From positions 7,424,001 to 7,488,000 of the forward strand of contig CAVTTN010000002.1 of assembly GCA_963737655.1 (NCBI GenBank): a DNA stretch of 64,000 bases, written 5' to 3'. Numbering within the stretch: position 1 is the stretch's first letter; each line of letters opens with the position of its first letter. The notes below the pieces were generated by a model that worked only from the letters and a program-made list of their open reading frames with translations, had not been told where the DNA came from and ran no database searches. Of the stretch, positions 1-12,289 are shown in pieces. A program made the translations under genes and the position numbers. Source of the DNA: an uncultured Planctomycetota bacterium. GTDB taxonomy: Bacteria; Planctomycetota; Planctomycetia; Isosphaerales; Isosphaeraceae.

Positions 1-368
1 GCGTACTTGGCCACGAAGATCTCGGGGTCCGAGCCCACGGTGGCCCTCTGGACGACGGCCCCGGAGGCGTCGGTGCCGAACTTCACGGTCCCCTGGAACT
101 GGCCCGTGATGTAGAGGTTCCCCGACGAGTCCGTCGCCACGGGATTGCCGTGGCCGTTGGCGGCGTCGTCCTTGTAGCCGGCGACCTCGCCGATGTTGAT
201 CAGCGGCCCGCCGATGGGGATGGCCGACGTGAAGGCCGCCGCGGCCATCAGGCAGCGGGCCTCGAAGGCCTCGATGCTCGGTCGCCGGCCCATCCGTCTT
301 CCCCGCGAGGGGCGACCGGCCCGTCGTCGGCTGTCCCGCTCCCATCCCTGGATATCACGGTCGATCAT
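1..368 (-). CDS. SBBP/beta-propeller repeat surface protein with planctomycete LE-x-R-x-L-type N-terminal motif (partial, runs off window start)
   Basis: Manual translation of the minus strand from ATG 368: MIDRDIQGWERDSRRRAGRPSRGRRMGRRPSIEAFEARCLMAAAAFTSAIPIGG...VATDSSGNLYITGQFQGTVKFG...EIFVAKY. Not in the ORF track because it has no stop in the window. Confidence 0.75.
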   Translation of the reverse strand, partial: MIDRDIQGWERDSRRRAGRPSRGRRMGRRPSIEAFEARCLMAAAAFTSAIPIGGPLINIGEVAGYKDDAANGHGNPVATDSSGNLYITGQFQGTVKFGTDASGAVVQRATVGSDPEIFVAKY

Positions 369-509
369 GGTCGTCCCGAAAGTAAGAAGCGCAAGCGGGC
401 GGATCGCCTTCGTAGGGAAGGGATGGCACCGCCGCAGAAAGAGTCACGACGATCGAGGATCGCCCGGAGTGGCCCGGCCCCGAAGTCGCCCGGTTCGTTC
501 GGGATCGTT

Positions 510-594
510 CCGCTTCAAGAGACGCGGACAGAACGGGGACTGGCTCCTCGTACTCGGGGTGCCTGTCCCCCTTCTGTCCGCGTCTCTAGAGCGG
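510..594. repeat. Long imperfect palindromic intergenic repeat (GGGGACTGGCTCC...GGTGCCTGTCCCC core)
   Basis: CCGCTTCAAGAGACGCGGACAGAA pairs with TTCTGTCCGCGTCTCTAGAGCGG around an inner GGGGAC/GTCCCC stem. Confidence 0.75.
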
Positions 595-827
595 GTCGTC
601 CCGCTCGGCCCTGGCTTGGGATGCTCCGAGCGGGAGACCGCCTCGCCATCGAGGTTCGCAACCGGCCCGAAAGGTCCGACTGTCGAGGGGCCGGGCTCCC
701 GGCGTCCAGCATTCACATCGTGTGATCGGAATTCCTACGGACTCGCCGCGAGAAATCCCGGCGGAAGCGGCACCCTTTGCAGGAGGAGATGCCACCTTTG
801 AGGGCCGCTCGGCGCATGACGAGACGA

Positions 828-864
828 GGCGAGGGCCCGAGGGAAAATCCCCCGGGGCCTCGCC
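828..864 (-). terminator. GC-rich hairpin downstream of the SBBP gene, possible terminator
   Basis: GGCGAGG(G)CCCGAGGG-AAAAT-CCCCCGGGGCCTCGCC lies about 25 nt past the stop at 890; no clear U-tract. Confidence 0.4.
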
Positions 865-889
865 CCGCACCCGGATGGAGCCTCGACTC

Positions 890-2883
890 CTACTTCACGA
901 TGGCCGAGAACTCGCCCGAGGACGCCTGGCCGTTCGCCGCCGTGATCCCGGCGTGGGCGACGACCTGGAAGGTGCCCTTGGTCGGCTTCCTCAGCTTGAG
1001 AGTGACCGTGTGGGCGTTCGAATCGTAGGAGATCCCGCCGAGGTTCACGTGCTTGGAGAAGACCAGCTTGCGACGCTTCTTCACGCCGAGGGCCAGGCCG
1101 TAGAACCCCGGGGACTCGGCCGAAGTCTGGCTCAGGGCCTCGTCGAAGGCCAGGGTGATCGAGCTGATCTTCCCCTTCGAGCGGCCGATCCCGGCCACGC
1201 CCGAGACGTGCGGGGCCGGCGCCGGCAGGACCGTTCCGCCGCCTCCACCGGTGGCTCCGCCGCCTCCACCGGTGGCTCCGCCGCCTCCACCGGTGGTTCC
1301 GCCGCCTCCACCGGTGGTTCCGCCGCCTCCTCCGGTGGTTCCGCCGCCTCCTCCGGTCGGGGTCAACGTCCCGAGGAAGACGTCCACCGGGGCGAGCGGC
1401 CCGAGGACCTTGCCGGCGAGGGTCAGGTTCGGCGTGTAGGTGCCGGAGAACTCGGCCTTGCCGTCCTTGGTCACGGCGAAGTTGGCGAGCGCGTCTTCCC
1501 CCTCGCCTCCGTAGGCTTTCCCGGCGACGAACGCGCCGGTGTCGGCGTTGACCTGGGCCACGTAGAGATCGCCGTTGACCGTCTTCTCATTCGCCGGGTG
1601 GAGGACGATCGCGGCCGAGCCGTTCTGGCCGTACGAGGCGGCGGCGACGAACTGGCCGGCGAAATACAGGTTGTTGGACGCGTCGATCCCCAGGCCCACG
1701 ACCGTGTCGGAAGCCCCGGTCGTCGTGTCGGTGGCGGCCGAGCCGAAGCGATCGGCCCAGACGTTGTTCAGGGTCGAGTCGTACTTGGCGATGAAGGCGT
1801 CGGTGGTCCCTCCGGCGCTGTCGAGCGTCCGGCTGTCGCCCCCGGGGTTGAAGTTGACCGCCGAGCCCTGGAAGTTCCCGGCGACGTAGGCGTTGCCGGC
1901 CGAGTCGGTCGAGACGTCGATCGCCAGGGCCGACGATCCCGGGGAGGTGGAGGCGCCGATGAATTTCGGAGCGGCGGTGGGCGATCCCAAAGCGTTCAGG
2001 CGGACGATCACCGCGTTGCCCTCGTCGGTCACGCCGACGACGTACACGTTGTCCGAGGCGTCCAGGGCCACGCCCGTGCCCGACGCCCTGACTCCGGCCG
2101 ACACGCCGAGCTGGGCCGACCAAAGCTGGTGGAAGCTCGGGTCGAACTTCACGACGATCGCGTCGGTCGTCCCGGCCGGCGTGGAGGGGCGGGTGCCCTT
2201 GTCGCCGGTGGTCATCGTGAACTCGGAGCCGGAGAACGCCCCGGTCACGACCACGTTGCCGGCCGAGTCGAACGCGGCCCGGAGGAACGCGCCGTCGCCG
2301 CCGTCGTCGAAGACGCGGACGTTGTCCAGGTCGCCCGAGGGCTTCAGCCGGACGATGAAGGCGTCGCTGCCGCTGTCGGCCACCGAGTTGCCGGCGAACC
2401 GGGTCGAGGCGCCGGGGTCGAAGTCCGTCACGCCATCGACGGCCCCCACGGCCGTGACCGCGCCGGAGGAATCGATGATCAGGTCGGAGACCTGCCCGGC
2501 GACGGAGCCCGAGGCCGTGGACGACGGGTCCTTGGCCTGGAACGGGTCGGCCCAGACCAGGCTGCCGTCGGCCGAGTACTTGGCCACGAACGGGGTGCTG
2601 AGCTTGCCGCCGGTCAGGGCGGTGGCGGTCCCACCGTTCTGGGCGAAATTGACCTTGGTCCCGGAGAACGAGCCGCCGATATACGTATTGCCGGCGGCGT
2701 CCACCTTGGCCACGTTCACGGTGATGGTGTCGAAGCCCAGGGCGAAGGCCGAGGTCACGTCGATGGCCATCAGGGTCCGGCCTTCCATCGCCTCGACGCC
2801 GGGGCGGGCCCGGCGGGCGGTCGGGCGCGCAGGGGCCCTCGGCCCCGCGAGGGCGGGGCCGTCCGAATCGTTGGCTTGTTCAT
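890..2883 (-). CDS. SBBP/beta-propeller repeat surface protein with Gly/Thr linker and basic C-terminal domain
   Basis: ORF 890..3157 has repeated D-x-x-GN-x-Y-V-x-G and DAFIAKY motifs, plus the RRARPGVEAMEGRTLM motif. Likely true ATG at 2883 (AGAGGA SD upstream, MNKPTIRT...), joined by a 1-nt frameshift near 2835. Confidence 0.8.
1236..1357 (-). repeat. 21-bp tandem repeat (about 6 copies) encoding a GGGGG(T/A)T linker
   Basis: CCGCCGCCTCC(A/T)CCGGTGG(C/T)T repeated; the protein reads GGGGGTTGGGGGTT... Confidence 0.9.
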
Positions 2884-3262
2884 GAGTCGCGATCCTCTCT
2901 CGGACACTCTTGGGGGGGAAACTCCGGGCCGCGGCCTCCGAGGAGGCGCGGCGAAGCCCGTCCTTGGAGGACAGACGAACCACTCGCTCGCGTCGCGGCG
3001 AGCACGGGGCCTGAGGAGTCATCGGGCCCGGCGACCGACTTCCCGGCCGGCTGACCGGTCGCTTGGGGTTCCGATGATGGTCCGGCGGCGGGCCGATGTC
3101 AAGGAGGCGGATTGATGGGTTCAGGAGATCAAAAATTGATCCGAGAACACGTTCCAACCCCCGGCGGGACCGTCGCCCCGCCTCCTCAATAACTCGGGTC
3201 GAGGCGGGATGTTCCGGGCCGTCGTCAAGAATAGTGCGTTTTTTTCGAAACCCGGCCTCGCC

Positions 3263-4273
3263 TCAGCTCCGGGACGCCTCGACCGGATTGCTCAGCACGC
3301 CGATCCCCTCGATCGACGCCTCCACCACGTCTCCGGGCTTGAGGTACGTGCCGGAGGCCGAGCCCACGCCCTTGGGCGTCCCCGTCGAGATGACGTCGCC
3401 GGGTTCGAGCGTGACGAACTTCGAGAGGAACGCGATCACCGCCGCCACGGGGAAGACCATCTGGGCGGTCGAGGCCGATTGCTTCACGTCGCCGTTGACG
3501 GTCAGCCGCAGGGGGAGGTTCTGCGGGTCGATCCCGTCGGCCGAGACCACGCACGGGCCCATCGGGCAGAACGTGTCGTGCCACTTGCCGTGGAGCCAGT
3601 CAAAAAACTTGTCGCGCTCGCGGGGCTTCCGGCCGGGGTTGGGCGTGAACTTGCGGTCGGTGATGTCGTTGACGACCGTGAATCCGGCCACGAACCCCAA
3701 CGCCTCCGCCTCCGAGACGTCGCGGCAGGTCCGGCCGATCACCACGGCGAGCTCGCATTCCCAGTCGATGTGGTCGGGCGAGGCCGAGGGGATCACGATC
3801 GGGTCGCCGGGGTTGGTCAGGGTGGTCGAGGGCGGTTTCATGAAGACGTAAGGAAACGTCTCCTCGCGCTCGGCCGCCGTCCCGCCGCGCTCGACGACGT
3901 GCTCGGCGTAGTTCCCGGCCAGGAGGAAGATCTTGCTGGGCCGGGGGACCGGGACGAGCAGGCGGACGTCCTGGGTCGGGATCAACAGGTCCTCGCGGGC
4001 CGAGGGGTCGAGGGTGGCGACCCAGTCCCAGAGCCTCCGGGTGGGCCCGGCCGAGCCGCCGTCGGGCGGGAGGAGGTCGAGCAGGTCGTCGTCGGGCGCC
4101 AGCGGGAGCTCCTCGCCGGTGGCCTCGGCGAAGGCCTCCGCGGCCTGGTCGATCGAGATGACCGAGTCGTCCAGGAAGAAGCCGGCGAGGATCGTTTCCT
4201 CGATCCCGAACCGGCAGAGGCGAGGCGGCCCGGCGGACGGGTTGGGCGCGTCGGGACGGATGGCTGCGATCAT
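3263..4273 (-). CDS. Fumarylacetoacetate hydrolase family protein
   Basis: Motifs NYAEH, VFMKP, DWECELAVVIG, VNDIT, GK-x-x-DTFCPMGP, LEPGDVISTGTP. Confidence 0.92.
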   Translation of the reverse strand: MIAAIRPDAPNPSAGPPRLCRFGIEETILAGFFLDDSVISIDQAAEAFAEATGEELPLAPDDDLLDLLPPDGGSAGPTRRLWDWVATLDPSAREDLLIPTQDVRLLVPVPRPSKIFLLAGNYAEHVVERGGTAAEREETFPYVFMKPPSTTLTNPGDPIVIPSASPDHIDWECELAVVIGRTCRDVSEAEALGFVAGFTVVNDITDRKFTPNPGRKPRERDKFFDWLHGKWHDTFCPMGPCVVSADGIDPQNLPLRLTVNGDVKQSASTAQMVFPVAAVIAFLSKFVTLEPGDVISTGTPKGVGSASGTYLKPGDVVEASIEGIGVLSNPVEASRS

Positions 4274-4318
4274 CGGCGGATGCTCCGGGGGGGGAATCTC
4301 CGAGGTCCGACCATAGCG

Positions 4319-5712
4319 TCAGCCGCCCTCTCCGGCAACCGCCCGGCGGACCGCCTCGAGGATCCGCCCGTCCTGGTCGTCGGGGATGGCCCGCAGGTCC
4401 AGGAGGACCGAGCCGGCCTCGATCCGAGGCACCACCGACGGCCGACCCGTCCTCAACCGGCGGGCCAGGGCCGCCTCGTCGGCGATTGAACCCGGCCACG
4501 GAGGGCCGATCCGCACCGCCCACGAGGCGATCCGGTCCGTGGGCACGCTCCCGCCTCCGAGGTAGGCCGAAGTCTCGACGGCCCGGGTCTCCAGGCCCGG
4601 ATTGGCCCGGAATTCGTCGGACAACCGCTCGGCGCGGCCCCGGAGTGCCTCCGCCGGGGTGGCCAGGAATCGCCAAAGCGGGACGGCCGATCCCCCGCGA
4701 TCGAGGATCACGCGCAACGTGGCTTCGAGGGCCGCGAGGGTCATCTTATCGACGCGAAAGGCCCTCATCAACGGGTCCGCCGTGAGCCGGGAGACCGTCG
4801 CCTTCGACCCCAGGATGATCCCGGATTGCGGCCCGCCCAGGAGCTTGTCTCCCGAGAACAGCACGAGGTCCGCGCCGGCCTGGAGACCTTCGCGGATCGT
4901 CGGCTCGTCGCGGACTCCGGGCGGGAGGGCCGAGTCGATCGCCCCGGAGCCGATGTCGTCGATCGCCAGGATTCCCCGGGATTTCGCCAATCGCGCAAGC
5001 TCGGCGATCGGCACCGATTCGGTGAAGCCGACCACGCGATAGTTGCTCGGATGGACCCTCATCAGCGCGGCGGTTTCGGGGGTGATCGCGCGCTCGTAGT
5101 CCGAGAGCCGTGTCTTGTTCGTCGTGCCGACCTCGCGGAGGATCGCGCCGGAAACGGCCAGGATTTCGGGCAGGCGGAACGATCCGCCGATCTCCACGAG
5201 CTGACCTCGCGAGACGATCACCTCGCGGCCGGACGACGTGGCGCGGAGGGCCAGGATCGTGGCGGCGGCGTTGTTATTGACGACCGCGGCGGCCTCGGCA
5301 CCGGTCAACTCGCGGAGGAGGCCGACCACCGACGAGGCCCGGGAGCCTCGCTCGCCGCTCTCCAGGTCGAATTCCAGGTTGCAATACCCCCGGGCGACGT
5401 TCGCCACGGCCTCCACCGCCTCGGGGCCGAGCGGCGCGCGGCCGAGCCCGGTATGGAGGAGGATGCCCGAGGCGTTGAGGACCGGGCGGAGGTTCGGGCC
5501 GTCGCGATCGAGGATCGCCAGGGCGTCCCGGGCGATCGAGCGGACGTCGATCGCGGGGGATCGGCCGTCCTGGATCGCCTCGCGGGCCCGGCCGATGGCC
5601 GATCGGACGGCCCGGAGCGAGGCGGGCCGCCCCCGGGCCTCGATCGCTCCTCGGATCTCCTCGGAGGCCATCACCAGATGGATCGCCGGCAAGGCCCGGA
5701 CGCCGTCGCCGG

Positions 5713-5716
<4 letters not shown>
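4319..5716 (-). CDS. selA: L-seryl-tRNA(Sec) selenium transferase
   Basis: LNASGILLHTGLGRAPL, VNNNAAA, SRGQLVEIGGSFRLP, EVGTTNKT, HPSNY, FSGDKLLGGPQ (PLP lysine). ATG 5716 overlaps the selB stop (ATGA). Confidence 0.96.
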
Positions 5717-7656
<1,940 letters not shown>

Positions 7657-8183
7657 GGAACGCAAGTTGCAATGGGCGAGACCGACCCGGGCGCGAATCC
7701 CAGTCTACCCGAACCCGGGAGGCGGGGCGACGCCCGAGCGATTCCGGGGACTGGGCCCGGATGTTGCCTGCGGACGACACCGGAGTGAAACTCCCATGAA
7801 CGGCCGGCGATTACCGCGAATCGACCTTGACCGCTTCCCGGGCCTCACCGATACTGAGTCGCGGCCCGAGAACCCGGGGCCCGGATGACGCGCGGTCGTC
7901 CCTGCGGTGCCTCCCCCGCCGAACATCCTCGACCTAAACTCACCATGACGACCACGGCCGCCACGACCCGAGACGATGCCCGCCGGGAGAACCCCCCGGT
8001 CATTGTGAGGGTATGGGGCCGCCCCGTTCGCCGGTCCTCGTCGCGTCACGCGACGGGGGACCGTGCGTAAGCGAGGGCGGGCAGCCGACGGCTCCTCGCT
8101 TCCAACGATCGCCGTGACCAGTCGCAGGATGCGGCGTCTCGCGAGCCCCTCTAGCTCCCTGATCGATGGGGAAGATTCCACCG

Positions 8184-9945
8184 ATGATTTCCAACGTCTT
8201 CCTGCTAATCTTCGCGCTAGCCTTCATGGGATGCATCCTCGCCACCCCATTGGTGACCCGGGTGGCCGCCTGGGCCGGGGCCATTGACCGCCCCGACCAG
8301 TTCCGCCGGGTCCACAAGGGGGCCGTCCCCCGGATGGGCGGGCTGGGGGTGGCCGCCGGGCTCGCCCTGAGCATCCTGCCGGTCGTGGCCGGGGGCTACC
8401 TCCGGGAATGGCCGGTCTTCTCCGACTGGTGGTCGCGGCAATGGGCCGTGATCACCGCCACGGCGATCATCCTGGCCGTCGGCGTGGTGGACGACACCCG
8501 GGGGATGAAGCCGCGAATGAAGCTCCTGGGCCAGGCCGCCGCGGTCCTGGTCCTCTACATCGGCGGGATTCGGATCGCGGGGATCAGCCTGCTCGGCGTG
8601 CCGATCCCCCTGAGCTACCCCCTGACCTACGGCCTCGGCGGGCTCACGATCACGCTCGACATGCCCAGCCTGATGATCACGATGATCTGGTTCCTCGGCT
8701 GCATGAACGTCTGGAACCTGATCGACGGGATGGACGGCCTGGCCTCGGGCGTCGGCCTGCTCGTCAGCGGGACGCTGATGCTGGTGGCGATCCAGCAGGG
8801 CAATTACGGCTCGGCCGCCCTGGCCGCCGCCCTGGCCGGCAGCCTCGCCGGCTTCCTCCTGTACAACTGGCACCCGGCCTGCATCTTCCTCGGGGACACC
8901 GGCAGCCTCCTGATCGGCCTGCTGATCGGCGTGATCGGCGTCCAGGATTCGCTGAAGGGGACGACGGCCGTTTCGATCCTCTTCCCGGTCCTGGCGATGG
9001 GCTTGCCGATCTCCGACACGATGATGGCGATTTTCCGCCGCTGGGTCCGCAACCTGCCGCTCAGCTCGGCCGATCGCCGGCACGTCCATCACCTCCTGAT
9101 CGGCCTCGGTCTGAACCCGAGGCAGGCGGCGTTGCTGCTCTACTGCCTGACGGCGTTCCTCTGCGGAGGGGTGCTCCTGGGCGTGGCCTACAACAACGAA
9201 TTCCTCGCCCTGCTGCTCGGGCTCTCCGGCTGCCTGGCCTTCCTGCTGATCCTGACGAGCCGCCGGGACGAGCTGCAGACCCTCTGGTCGGACCTCCGGT
9301 CCCGGACCACTCGCAAGAAGCAGGAGAGGCACGCCGCGAAGGAGACCTGGGAAGCGATCCAGCGGATCGAGCTCTGCGAGACCCCCGAGGCGATCTGGCG
9401 GAACCTGCTGACGGCCGCGACCAACCTGGGGAGCGACGCGCTCCGGGTGATCTGCTACCGCCACGGCAAGCCGATCCTTCAGTTCGCCAGCGACGAGGGG
9501 CTCGGCCCTCGTTCCCAGCGACGAGGTGTCGGGGCCGACGGCCACTTTCCGACTCCCCAGCGGGCAAGACCTCCAACTGATCGTCTCGCTCCACCAGTCC
9601 AATGACTCGACGCTCCCGGCCGACATCGCGTTCCGGTCGCTCCAGAGGCTCTCGCTGGCGACGGTCCAGAGGCTCGAACGCCTGCTCGGGCCCGAGGAGC
9701 CCGGACCCCGGAGCGAGGCGACCGGGTCCGGGAGTCCGAGACGCTCGGTTCGGTCCCCTCGTCCGCGGTCCCGGCCGTCGCCCTGGCGAGGACGTCCTCG
9801 CCCTGGACCTCGCTCGCCTGGATTCGGGGCGCCCTGGGCCGGACCGGACCGATCGCCGGGCGATCGCTGGTGGGCGACGAATAAGGGCGTCTCGCAATCG
9901 GGGACGGGTAGCCCAATGCCCCTCCCCGCTTGCGAGGCACGGTAA
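8184..9945 (+). CDS. MraY/WecA-family undecaprenyl-phosphate sugar-1-phosphate transferase with C-terminal cytoplasmic extension (frameshift ~9510; 3' end uncertain)
   Basis: RRVHKGAVPRMGG, GVVDD, NLIDGMDGL, FLGDTGS, ADRRHVHH; the C-terminus continues in ORF 9526..9945. Confidence 0.85.
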
Positions 9946-10025
9946 GGCCGCGGGATCGGATGGATTGATCGCCGGAGGTCTGAGGCTCGCCGTTACGAGA
10001 CGACATCACGGAAGGGACGCGATTC

Positions 10026-12260
10026 ATGGACCGAATCATCCAGCCCTACCCGGGCCCCGGCGCCCCGTCGCGGCTGGCCCCGGCCTCCCCGGCGCCTCTC
10101 CCGGCGATGACCTTGCCCGGCAAGTCCCCCGCGGACTTCGCGCGGGCCGTCCGCCGCCGCTGGCCGCTGGTCCTGGTCGTCGCCGTGGTCGTGACCTCGG
10201 CCGGGGCGGCCTATGTGGTTCGGATGCCCGCCGTCTACAAGGCGACGGCCCAGATCATGATCGAGCCGCCGAGGTTCGATTCGCATCTGGCCATCATCCT
10301 CTCCAACGGCCAGGTCCCGCCCGTCGATCGCGAGTCGTCGGAGCGCTACGTGCCGAACCGGATCGCCCGACTCACCGGCCGGGCGATGGCCGAGGAGGTC
10401 GTGGCCCGGAGCGACCTGGGCCTGGGCAAGGGCTACGAGGGCGACCCCGCCGCCGAGATCCTCAACGGGATGACCTCGCGACGGCTCCAGACCGGCACGA
10501 ACATCTTCGAGGTCGCGCTCGAAGGCGCCGACCCCACGAGGATCACCAAGCTCCTGGAATTCCACCTCGGTTACTTCGCCGACAAGATCTTCGACGAGAG
10601 TTCCCGGGAGCTGGACAAGTCCAAGACCTGGGCGTCCGAGGGGCTCAAACAGCACCGCAAGGAGCTGGCCGAGCTCGACGAGAAGATCGATGCCCAGATC
10701 CGCGAGACGCCCCACTTCGCCCCCGGAGGCCGCAACATCCTCCAGGATGATTATGCGGCCATCAAGTCGCTGATCCTGACCAAGAAGGCCCGATTCGACG
10801 ACCTCCGCCACGAGGAGCGGATCGCCCAGCTCTGGCCGGGCCTCAAGGGGGCCGGGCCGCCCAGCAAGTACTCGAGGAAGATCGAGGCCCTCCTGGAGCA
10901 GAAGGACCGGCTGGAGGGGCTCCTGGAAGACAGCCTCCGGGTGGTCCGCAACCCGGGGAGCGACGCGGCCACGCGGTACTTTACGAAGTCGCTCGACAAG
11001 GTCCTGGACGACCTGGAGAGGCTCACGAAGCTCGACGTCTCGCCCGACCTGCCCGATCGCTCGGCCCTGATCCTGGCCCACTCCTCCGAGGAGATCCGCA
11101 AGCTCGAACGCGAGCTGAAAGACCTCCTGGACCAGGTCCAGGCGAACATGCCGGCCTATCAGAAGTATCAATCCTTGATGAGGGAGCGGGACCAGAAGGA
11201 AGCCAGCCTGGCCGACATGCAGAAGCGGCTGACCCAGTTCCAGATGGTCGCCGAGTCCAAGAGCCGTCCGGTGGAGATCCTCCTGAAGCCGACCGAGCCC
11301 GGCGGCCCGGTCCGGCCGAACCGGCCGATGCTGATCGCGCTCTCGGCGTTCTTCGGCCTGGCCCTGGGCGTGGGATTGGTGTGCGTCCGCGAGTACCTGG
11401 ACCGCTCGGTCAAGGTGCCCGAGCACCTGGTCGCGGGGCTGTCCCTGCCTTTGGTCGGCGTCGTCCCGAGGATTCGCCGCCTGGCCCGGACGCAGAGGGC
11501 CGGACATCTCTGGACCCATGGCGACCCGCTCTCGATCGAGGCCGACGCGTATCGCAACCTCCGGGCCAGCCTCGTCGGCCTGACCGGCCCGAATGGCCCG
11601 GTCGTCTCGGTCCTGGTGACCAGCGCCAAGGCCGGCGAGGGCAAGAGCACGACCGCGCTGAACCTGGCCACGACCTGCGCCCGGGCGGGCGAACGGGTCC
11701 TCCTGATCGACGTGGACCTCCGCCGCCCCAGCCTCGCCGAGGTTTTTGACGCCCAGGAGCCGAACGTCGGGCTGGTGGACGTCCTCCGGGGGGACATGCC
11801 CTGGCCCCAGGCCGTGATTCGCACCGACGTGCCGAACCTGAACTTCCTCCCGGCCGGCGATCCGACGGGCGTCCCGGTGGAAGTCCTCGGCACCCTGGAG
11901 CTCCGGCAGTTGCTCAAGGCGGTCACCGGGCAGTATCACCGGGTGATCCTCGACGGGCCGGCCGTCCTGGGGCTGGCCGATTGCCGGATGCTCGGCCGGG
12001 TCGTCGATGCGGCGATCCTGGTCGTCCGGTGCGGGGCCCACGAGATCCGCCCGCTTCGGCGGGCCAAGGAGATGCTGGAGCAATCGAGGGTGCCGGTGGC
12101 CGGTGTCGTCTTCAACGGCCTGAGCGAGGACATCGACAACTGGGCGAGCGAGTACGGCGCCCCGGCCCTGCCCAATCGCGCGACGCCTCGCTCCGACGCG
12201 GCCTCGCGCGGCCTGCCGGCCAGCCCGGAACCGGCCGTCGCCGGGTCGGACGGACCGTGA
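10026..12260 (+). CDS. Wzc-like polysaccharide co-polymerase / BY-kinase family protein
   Basis: N-terminal TM, coiled-coil periplasmic region, P-x-x-P-x-R-P motif plus second TM, Walker A SAKAGEGKST, A' LLIDVDLRRP, B VILDGP. Confidence 0.92.
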   Translation: MDRIIQPYPGPGAPSRLAPASPAPLPAMTLPGKSPADFARAVRRRWPLVLVVAVVVTSAGAAYVVRMPAVYKATAQIMIEPPRFDSHLAIILSNGQVPPVDRESSERYVPNRIARLTGRAMAEEVVARSDLGLGKGYEGDPAAEILNGMTSRRLQTGTNIFEVALEGADPTRITKLLEFHLGYFADKIFDESSRELDKSKTWASEGLKQHRKELAELDEKIDAQIRETPHFAPGGRNILQDDYAAIKSLILTKKARFDDLRHEERIAQLWPGLKGAGPPSKYSRKIEALLEQKDRLEGLLEDSLRVVRNPGSDAATRYFTKSLDKVLDDLERLTKLDVSPDLPDRSALILAHSSEEIRKLERELKDLLDQVQANMPAYQKYQSLMRERDQKEASLADMQKRLTQFQMVAESKSRPVEILLKPTEPGGPVRPNRPMLIALSAFFGLALGVGLVCVREYLDRSVKVPEHLVAGLSLPLVGVVPRIRRLARTQRAGHLWTHGDPLSIEADAYRNLRASLVGLTGPNGPVVSVLVTSAKAGEGKSTTALNLATTCARAGERVLLIDVDLRRPSLAEVFDAQEPNVGLVDVLRGDMPWPQAVIRTDVPNLNFLPAGDPTGVPVEVLGTLELRQLLKAVTGQYHRVILDGPAVLGLADCRMLGRVVDAAILVVRCGAHEIRPLRRAKEMLEQSRVPVAGVVFNGLSEDIDNWASEYGAPALPNRATPRSDAASRGLPASPEPAVAGSDGP

Positions 12261-12289
12261 GACCCGAACCGACCCGGAGACCTCTCCCC

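Noticed and set aside
722..3115. Long antisense and alternative-frame ORFs (also 9993-12305, 22907-25033, 48547-51000, 57047-59152, 59490-62126)
   Set aside because: Shadow ORFs expected in very GC-rich DNA; each overlaps a motif-supported gene and has no recognisable motifs.
7657..8183. tRNA-Sec (selC) or riboswitch upstream of selB
   Set aside because: No UCA anticodon arm, T-loop consensus or recognisable riboswitch core was found; only short generic hairpins.
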